A stretch of 64,000 nucleotides of DNA, taken from Octopus sinensis (lineage: Eukaryota). The DNA lies in assembly GCF_006345805.1 (NCBI RefSeq), contig NC_043003.1, positions 59,706,001-59,770,000 of the forward strand. The letters are read 5' to 3'. The number at the start of each line of letters is the position of its first letter. The first letter of the stretch is position 1. A program made the translations under genes and the position numbers. Below, in pieces: positions 54,416-64,000 of the stretch. A model generated the notes under the pieces. That model was not told the origin of the DNA. It ran no database searches and was given only the letters and a program-made list of their open reading frames with translations.

Positions 54416-55525
54416 GACTAAGCCATTCGGTGTTGCGCTCTATCATGCCGACAGCCCAATGATCGAAAAAACTATAAAAGACAAGCATAATACTTTACAT
54501 CCAAGCGATTGCTTCTTTCAGAAAGCATTTCGAAATTACGCTTTTCTGCCACGTGATTTTGTATTCGGTGTCACTGCGTAGAACTATGGGCAAGCCCCTA
54601 CTACTATTATAGCCCCAAGCGATATATTTTAGTGAATCTCTGTCTGTCTGTCTGTCTCTCTCGCTCTCTCGCACGCACAGAGTATTTTACAGACAACAAA
54701 CATTAGAAAAGATTTAGAGATATATCGACCACATAAATACCGTTGCTGTTTTCTTTTTGTGTTTTGCCAGATTTTATATTGCAATTATGCTTCACTCACT
54801 GACTTAATTCTTTTGGGTCACTTCTGGCGATAAAATCACCCATGGGCCTCTCAGATAAAGGAATTTCTGTCCAGAGATAATGTATATAAAAATATGTATG
54901 TATTTATTCTATGTATAATTAATATCTCTTTCGAAGAAATTTTTCGTCATGGTGACCTATATATTTCCATATATTATCACTATGAATATGCATATTGAGC
55001 CCACTGCTAACAAGCTTTCCACCAAAAATATTTCCGTTAATCTGAAATATTCATTCATATACGTACACAAATACATACATACATATACATACACATACGC
55101 GCTCGCATACATACACACATATATCGAAACAACGGTGGTACATTATATATGTGTGTGTGTACATATATATATGTATATATATACATTTTACTCTTTTAAT
55201 CGTTTCTGCTCGAGAGCTCTGGCCATACTGGAACACCGGCATTATATATCTATAGTAAAATACCAGTGATATGATATGATATGATATATATATTACAAAT
55301 TTGACAGCCGACGTCAGTTTATCAAATAAATTTGATTAATAAAACTGAAGACAATGATCATCAGTGAAGGTAAATCTAGAAAGTACACCTCCCCAACCTA
55401 CACGATCGCAAGTTCAGAAAGGCATACGCACAAGAATAACACAAATATACATATGTATACAACCACACACATACACACACACCCCCTGGAAGAGAAAGAG
55501 AGAGCGAGAGAGAAACAGAGAGAGT

Positions 55526-55563
<38 letters not shown>

Positions 55564-55583
55564 CGAATATATGCATGCAAGCT

Positions 55584-55622
<39 letters not shown>

Positions 55623-55632
55623 TATGTGTTTG

Positions 55633-55667
<35 letters not shown>

Positions 55668-56716
55668 TGAGCATTTGTTTCTGTGTGTCTTTCTCTCTGC
55701 CTCTATCTCTCTCCCTATCCCCTCTCTCTTTTTCTATATATATATAGTTGTGCTATATGTATATATAAGTGTGCATGTATGGATATATTTGTGCTATACT
55801 TATAAAAATGAATGTATATATATATACGCACCAACATGCACACTGACTCATCGATAAGTCGAAATATATATAGATCTACACATGTATGTAAATGTTTGCA
55901 AATGTACTTGTGTATATGTGCATTTATATATATAATTATATATGTATGTATATGGAGAGAGAGAGAGGGAGAGAGATACACACACAAACACTCATATATA
56001 CGCACTTACGTGTGTCTATGTAAGTAAACATAGGTTTAGGTAAGTAGGGGCGGGGGGCGTTTGCCTTGAAGCCAGTTTTGCATGATGTTGGTACATACGA
56101 TGAGAACTTTTGGTGAGCATGCTATTATATTTTCACTAAAAACATGACAAAACACATTTTTAAAATAGAGAAATAAAGCTTTTATATTTCGAAAAATCCA
56201 AAGGTAGAAGGAAATATGACAACAATTATTTTATGCGGTGAATGTCACTGTTTTATAGTGAACCTGTTGAAAAATTCCTTGACCTCAATATAGGTGTTCA
56301 GCGATGGATATATAATCTCGGATAGTCTGTGCCAGAGGCGAAATTTTGCAAGATTGATTAAGATGGTGGGCATAAGCAAAGAATGAGTGAGTGAATATAT
56401 GTGACTGCTTTTGATTGTGAATCTGATTCTGTGTATGTGTGTGTTTGTGTGAGTGAGTGATGTGCATATATGTGTGTGTATGTATGTATGTATGTATACA
56501 TACATAATGTCTGTAATATACATGTATATCTAATATTTGAATATTTATATACACATGCCACACGTACACATTCACATACAAATACACATAAAACGTCTAT
56601 GCAATGTGACAGTTTAATATATGTATATACATAATATATACTTATATATACGCACAGACACAGACACACATGTGTGTCTATATATGCATATATATATGTA
56701 TGTAAATATATATATA

Positions 56717-56770
<54 letters not shown>

Positions 56771-56776
56771 CATGTA

Positions 56777-56816
<40 letters not shown>

Positions 56817-57236
56817 TGTATATATATATATATATAACTATCATCAGTATGGTTATGTTATGTTTCTGTCTGTGTGATTGTATATACAATGTTGAAGATT
56901 TGTTTGTGAGTGTGTTTTCGTGTTTGCGACTGTGAAACAGATTTCTGGAGCAAAAGCGGCACAACAAGGAAACTATTAGTCCTAGAGTGGAGCGAAGAGG
57001 GGGAAAGGGGGTGGGAAAAGAACGACTAAAGGGCAAACAGAGAGAAAACAGAAAGAAAGCTAGAGAAAGAATATTCTAGAGTGATGGTGAAAGATATGCT
57101 GCTGAATTGAGAGGGCCATTTGTGAATCATTGGGATCTATGTGGATGTGTGTGCGCATGCGTGTGAATACATATATGCATATGTATATATGTGTATATGC
57201 GCGGGCATATGTGCCTCTATTTATATGTATGTGTGT

Positions 57237-57358
<122 letters not shown>

Positions 57359-57663
57359 CAGACAGATAGATAGATATGGTGCGTAGCACATATATATGTG
57401 TGTTTAGGTGAGATTTATAAATGTGTCATTATTTGTATAGATATATACATTTGTATGTGCATGAATTAATGTATATATACATGTATATATTGTGAATACA
57501 GGTATATATACATATATAACATATTTATGTGTATGCTTATATGCATTTATATATCACTATATACGTATGCATAGATCAATGCATATTTATATATATGTGT
57601 GTGTGTGTGTGTGTAGATATATATGTATATGTACAACACATATTTTTACACAATTATATGTGC

Positions 57664-57704
<41 letters not shown>

Positions 57705-58306
57705 TATATTTAGAGAGAGATATGGGGAATGAGCGAGAGAGTGAAAGGGAGAGACTGTCTGAAACATAACACATAATCTGCAGTGTTATGCCCCCAAGTT
57801 CAAAAGAAGGAAAGAAAAAAGTCTTTATAATGCCAGAGGCGTCTTTGATGATGTATTTTCTCTTACATACTCACACACACACACACACGCATACACACGC
57901 GCGCGGGTGCCCACGCACACACACACACACATACACACACACACTCATACACATACACACAGACACACACACAGGCTCACACTGCTTATGAAGATCGTTT
58001 AGTCAACGTCTCATTGATGGATCGGTCAATCTTTGTTTCATTCGCAAGGAAGTCTTTGATCTTTCGTAATTAATTTTGATTACAAGGACTGCTTTATCGG
58101 CCGGTTTCATACCGGACTTGGCGCCATGCAGTGTCCTAACAGCTAGGCTTCTCTTCTGTGCAGCTGAAGTTCAAATTGAGACTATATAAGCATTGAACCG
58201 AAAGTGACAATAATTACATGCATATGAAGGAAGTATAGAAACTATAAGGCCAAATAGATATGTTAGGAAATAGTGTTGATTGCATTAATAGATCATGCGT
58301 TGACGC

Positions 58307-58338
<32 letters not shown>

Positions 58339-58497
58339 ATATAGTATATACGGATCTATATGTATTTGTGCGTGTGTATATATACACGCGCACACACATA
58401 GGGAGAGAGAGAGAGTGAAACAAAGAGAGTGGTAGGTTTGTAAATATTTGTATTTTGGAGGGATGAATGTTTGTGTGTCCCCGTATACAATGATGGG

Positions 58498-58550
<53 letters not shown>

Positions 58551-58555
<5 letters not shown>

Positions 58556-58666
58556 AATCAAGGAACGGCCATAATAGGCCATTCACCCACTAGAAATAAC
58601 AGCCAAAGCTTTGGCTGTTATTTCTAGTGGGTGAATGGCCTATTATGGCCGTTCCTTGATTGTGAT
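58551..58666. repeat. Perfect 116-bp palindrome with no spacer
   Basis: The 58-bp arm atcacaatca...agccaaag is followed directly by its exact reverse complement. The centre is AAGCTT. Confidence 0.97.
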
Positions 58667-58822
58667 GTTGAACTTATAAATGGTCTATGACTATTTAATT
58701 TTTTCCCACTAGGCCGCTGGTGGCAAAAAAATTCTACAAAATTTTTTTTGCCACCCTATATTGATTAATAAATATATATATATATATGTATAGGCATGTC
58801 ACACACTTTCTCTCTCACTCAC

Positions 58823-58916
<94 letters not shown>

Positions 58917-59122
58917 TATATACATATATATAAAGTTAATCCAAACAAGAAAACACAAAAAAACAAAAAAAAAACACAACAACGCGAGGACGTGGAACAA
59001 ATAAAGTATTATTGGACGCTCAGGAAAGAAGGGAAGAAGGAGGGAAACATAGGAGAAGGAAATATCCCGAGAAGGGAGGACAGAGGAAAAAAATCGCCAG
59101 TGGTACTCACGAGGTCACATAT

Positions 59123-59170
<48 letters not shown>

Positions 59171-59179
59171 CACACAAAT

Positions 59180-59308
59180 ACGCCTGTGTGTATATATACA
59201 CACATTCTCGCACACATATTTATCTTTTTGCAAACCTAGGATTCATATAAGATCCGTTTTCCGGTTGCAATGTTTGTCAGTGACCTGGTTTATAGCACTC
59301 CTTCCCGC
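59180..59308. repeat. About 128-bp dispersed direct repeat, copy 2
   Basis: See copy 1. Both copies abut a (TA)n-rich tract on their left. Confidence 0.9.
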
Positions 59309-60539
59309 ATGCACACGTTTAATTCTAATAAAATATATTGTTATTTTCTTACGTTTTAATATTGATATATATGTATATTTATATATACTACTGATGTGAC
59401 ATATCACTAGTATTGTAATGTTACTTCCAAATTTTGTATATTCTAATGTCGAAAAATTTCTGTATACTGATGTCATCCTGTTTTATATTTTATATTTCTA
59501 TCAAATAATCTATAACTTGCTTTTGTTTTGCTATGCTTCATTCCGAAAAGTTTTATTACAGCGGCGGAAACTCATCATAAACCTAAATAATTTATATATC
59601 TCCTAAAAGTGTGTATATGTGGTAACGATTTATTTCTTTTGATTAAGATTATTTAAGTAAACTTCTTAAATTAGTTTTAAGCTTCTACAATGTAGTTTTA
59701 GGATTAAGACCAAAAATTAACAATGCAGCAAATCTGTATTTGTACAAAATAACTTAGTTTTTGTTAGATTTGGCGTCCACTCATAACAATAATCGATAAG
59801 TATGGTAAATTTGAAAGACAATATAAATTTTACAAAAACTCCAATGACCGGATTTTGGTTGCTGCTATTGTTGTTGCTGGTGTTGGTGGTCTTATTTAGC
59901 CGCAGGTCAATCCTTATCCAGCAAACCTATGATCAAAAGAATTCAAATGATGACTGTCACATGTATTTGGGTATTATGTGCGTTTATATTAACTGATGTT
60001 TTCCCCGTGTATAAGGCAGTACGGAATGATTTGAAGAAGATTCGATTACTTGTTCTAGCACATAGAATGATTACGCAGAAGCTCCTTCCTCGCCTTGTTT
60101 GGGTACATTTGTATATAATGTAGTATTGAGTTGTTAACTAAAATAATTCTGGTCGCTGTCTCATCTTGAAGTTATTGCCAATAGAAAGAAACCTAGTCAT
60201 TACCGTCAGTTAAAGTGGTGACAGGATGATAACTTTCCAGAATAGTCCAAAACATAGAAATAATAGAAAATAAATTGAATCTGAGCATCTATCCCTTAAT
60301 GTGGAATAACACAGTTATCCCAGTTAAATGTATGAAGCATCCGAAATCGTAAATGATTTTAGACAATGTAAAGTTGTTTACAAAAGTTCTCTTCCATGCC
60401 TTTGTTTCCAGAATCCCTTCATCATTTACACCCGCTGGTGAGGCTATACACACTTCTTGCAATTTATTATTTTGCATTGCTTTCAGTCTTAATGAATCCA
60501 TGGTCGAAGGATATTGAATTTTAAACCCTTCGACTGCTG

Positions 60540-60660
60540 CTTGCAAGCTCCGTGCTTCCTGTCAGCGCATAGTCTTTATTTAAGCTGCAAATATTGTTAC
60601 CGTAACCGCCATTTTGTACTGATGGCTCAGCGTTTTTTTACTCCCGTTTTCTCTTCATTC
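60540..60660 (-). promoter_or_regulatory. Possible promoter or 5' region with a YY1-type motif
   Basis: CCGCCATTTT at 60606-60615 (AAAATGGCGG on the minus strand) lies in a CpG-containing unique island, upstream of a 70-codon minus ORF (ATG 60501 to stop 60289). Confidence 0.22.
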
Positions 60661-61589
60661 CTTTGAGTTATCTAATTGTTTTCATGGGCAGAAGATCTTA
60701 TTTTTATGCAAGCAACAACTGACAAACAACGACAAAAGACAGGATAAAAAAAGAAGAAGGTTTCGTGACATTGGATTACAATCTCGATTTCATTAGCCAA
60801 ATTAATTTACGAACTCTTTTGGTACGCGTAAATTAAATTTAAGAAGGCGATACCGCGATTGTCATTCGCTTAGTGAATTTAAACACTCCGTTATAGAGTA
60901 ATTTTTATATTGGAAACTGGACGGTTATGATTATTTCAACAATTTATGAAAATAATAGACTCCGTTGTTGTTATTTCCATTTGTTTATTTCTAAATCCTA
61001 AAACATTTGATATCGAGGAGAAATCTTACACAAGAGGAGGGCTGCGATTGCGTTAATATACATCTTAAAGACGGTGTCGGGGATGTAATTGAGCTTTCAG
61101 AGTGAGAAGTTGAAGACATTATTTATGTTTGTCCGTTGCTTCTCTGCTGGACTGACTTGGTTCACTCAATTTGCTTTCTTTCTCCATACTCTTTAAAACA
61201 GGAACTAATGATACACTAAGTTTGATTCAAGGTTGAAATTCACGTGTTTAACTTCTTTATTCCATTTCCTCGCGGTCGATGTAATGGAGTATCATTCAAA
61301 TATTGGGACTAATTAAATGTTCCTATAAAGTAGCATAGACTCAATTGGAATTAGGGTAGAAAATACAATGATCCACATCTTTTCCCAGCGAAATTCGATC
61401 TGCTATGCAAAAATCCAGTAATAACTATAAAGAACTCTTCCATTGACAGAGAGTTATATATTCTGTAAATGTAAGGGTAAACTCCTGGTACGCATTCCAT
61501 AGATCGTAACAGAACCTGTATACAGAATGTAGGCTTGCCAAAGTTAATTCTGGATGTCATTTTTTTCCGTGCGCTATTTCTTTTCTACT

Positions 61590-61770
61590 CTAGGCACAAG
61601 GCCCGACATTTTTGGAGAGGCTGGCAGTCGATTAGGTCGACCACAGTTCGCAACAGGTACTTAATTTATCGACCCCGAAAGGATGAAAGTCAAAGTCGAC
61701 CTCGACGAAATTTGAACTCAGAACGAAAAGACAGACGAAATAACGCTAAGCATTTCGCCAGGTGTGCTAA
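61590..61770 (-). mobile_element. SINE family B
   Basis: aggcacaaggcc...ttatcgaccccgaaaggatgaaagtcaaagtcgacctcgacgaaatttgaactcagaacg...gctaagcatttcgcc. Confidence 0.8.
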
Positions 61771-62615
61771 GTGCGTTAGTATTTCTGACAAAATCTTGCA
61801 AAAACAGTTTTGTTGCTTATGTTGCATTTTTGCTGTAGTATTTGTAGTTGTTGCTGTAATCCTCCTCCCCTTCTTCCTTTCTATTGATTGGGTCAGTCTT
61901 ACTCAAAGAAAAGCTTGCAACTCCTATTACCTCCCTATTCATTCTTTCACCCATATTTAAAAACGATATTACCTAGTATTTTCTTTTGTTAAAATAGTAA
62001 AATAAAGGAGATTTAGCTGCAATCTCTAGCAGAGTAGGTGACTACGTAGAAGCAGTCACATTAATTCAAGAGTTATTTTTGTTTGTCACGAGATGATCAA
62101 ATATAAAAGATCAAACATGAAACGATATGAACACTGCATAAAAAAGACCATTGCACGTTTTCAACTCAATAAAAATCTAAATATTTATAAAGAAAAAATT
62201 ATCAAATAATGAAAATGAATAAAGGAGAGTATTCAAATAAATGACAAAAATCAAGACACCGCGAACCTTGAATCAGCCTCAACATTGACAAATATCTTCT
62301 CTTTGCTCCAGGCTATAGAAGAAACTAAATACCACATAGTACTTCTTGCCGCTCTTATCCAGATTTTACGGTTCATGGAATGTATTGCATAGAAAGGAAT
62401 GGACCAAGATTTCTCTTCAAACGTTGGCACTTCAAAATAAAAAAAGAAACAAAAGAACATAAATTAAAAACGAAACTCATGCTGTGATTCTTCATACCAT
62501 TTACACACACACACACACATATACATAAACACACATATGTACATATATTTGCATACATACATACACATGTGAATGGGGTAGGGGGTTTGGTACAACAAAC
62601 AGGATATATATATAT

Positions 62616-62688
<73 letters not shown>

Positions 62689-62856
62689 GTGAAATAGAAA
62701 GATGAATAATCTTGTAGTAGATTAATCAAAAGTTTAACCGATACCTTAGTAGCAAAAATCACAGCAGTAAACAGCACGGTTGGAGGTACAACCATATGGT
62801 GTTGCAACCGTGCGTTGGTGCGGATAATTGAAATTAAAACATTATTGGTGAATTGA

Positions 62857-64000
62857 AGAAAATATATCCCTAGTTTAGTAAACAAGCTGAAGCTCAGCCT
62901 CTGGGCCAACTCCTCGCAGGTAGTGAAGTGGTTCTCTTCCATCCCCAATAAGAACCGTACTAGGTTCATTCAGTTTGATATCGCCAGCTTCTACCCCTCG
63001 ATTAACCCTGGTGTGCTAAATAAGGCCCTCTGGCATGCTCACAACAAGGCTGGCCTCACCAGAGAAGAGATAGATATCATTTTAGTTGCCAGGAAATCGT
63101 TTATTAAGTTTGATAATAAGTTGTGGATCCGTAAAGATACTCCCAATGAATTTGATGTGCCTATGGGTAGTTCGGATAGTGCGCAGATAGCCGATTTGGT
63201 CGGAATATATATTCTCTACGAATTGTCCGACCAATTCCCGGAGATCGCGGGCGGCCTGTATCGTGACGATTGTCTGTTTTACCTGCAAAACACCACGAAC
63301 AGAATAGTGCAGAAAACTAAGAGCAGGTTAGCTAGGTTTTTTAATAGAATGGGCATGAGTATAGTTTTTGATAATGAACTCACCAAGGCTAATTTCCTAG
63401 ACGTTACACTTAACCTTAATAGCGACTCATACTGCCCTTACCATAAGCCTTCCACTAATTTGAAGTATGTCAGTGTCTTCTCAAATCATGCCAAAACCGT
63501 AACAGACAATTTGGTTAAAAACATCTCTCTAAGATTGTCTGGCTTGTCCGCCAGTGCCGATATTTTTATGCAGAAAGCGGAATTTTATAACGCCGCACTA
63601 TCCAAGGCCGGTTATAGGCAGAAGGTAATTTATATTGATCCGGCCCTTCCGATGCCATCATTCGGTCATCAGGATAGGGCCGTATATAATAACATTAACA
63701 TTTTAAGTAAGGACGGGAGCGCGGCGGATGCCGGGGTAGTCGCTCCCGCAGTTAATTTAGCGAACAAGGATAATTATCGGTCCGGGAGGTCTTACACTAA
63801 CCCAAGACCCGTTATTCATCCGAGAATCACCCACCCGAACGCGAGAGCTGGCGTCCCGAGCCATCACACTGATAGGAATAAGCATATATGGTTTGTAATC
63901 CCCTTTGGTAAGCAGATTAGAACTAACCTCCCCCTCATGTTTAGACAAGCCATCGCCAATAACTTCCCCAGAAATTCCAAATATTACTCCACGGTTAACT
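62857..64000 (+). mobile_element. Penelope-like retroelement (PLE), reverse transcriptase ORF, apparently 5'-truncated, open to the window end
   Basis: Manual translation after the TGA at 62854-62856 gives 381 codons with no stop. RT motifs in order: FDIASFYPSI (62974-63003), FDVPMGSSDSAQIADLVG (63151-63204), GLYRDDCL (YRDD 63259-63270), NFLDVTLNL (63391-63417), YCPYHKP, SNH (63481-63489), ISLRLS..LS, AL.KAGY, then KHIWFVIPF..IRTN....NFP. This is the motif series I know from YRDD-type PLE RTs. The region is visibly more GC-rich than its flanks. Confidence 0.93.

Noticed and set aside
59800-60123. Overlapping hydrophobic 64-aa ORFs resembling a secreted-peptide precursor
   Set aside because: The hydrophobicity derives partly from GTT/GCT repeats, and there are no clear cleavage motifs or splice support.
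62854-62856. TGA upstream of the PLE frame as a possible selenocysteine recoding site (reported for some Naiad PLEs)
   Set aside because: The frame upstream of the TGA lacks the expected RLINP.K-type motif spacing, so simple 5' truncation explains it better. No SECIS can be assessed within the window.

Overview
AT-rich eukaryotic (animal) genomic DNA, almost all intronic or intergenic. It is dense in microsatellites, tRNA-derived SINEs and small DNA-transposon relics. The SINE families and the microsatellite load resemble what I recall from Octopus genomes (inference, not verified). Almost every ORF in the supplied track is a translation of simple repeats or chance sequence. The one convincing protein-coding frame is absent from the track because it runs off the window edge: an uninterrupted 381-codon Penelope-like element (PLE) reverse-transcriptase frame at 62857-64000 (+). 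The window also holds a decayed PLE GIY-YIG end (11520-12135), an internally deleted mariner/maT-like transposase relic (about 17700-18330, -), and piggyBac-, hAT-, mariner- and Ginger-like MITEs. Other structures are a perfect 116-bp spacerless palindrome, an 814-bp-period identical tandem duplication, and a few weak host-exon and cis-regulatory candidates. I could not identify any host gene, or any rRNA, true tRNA or CRISPR array.
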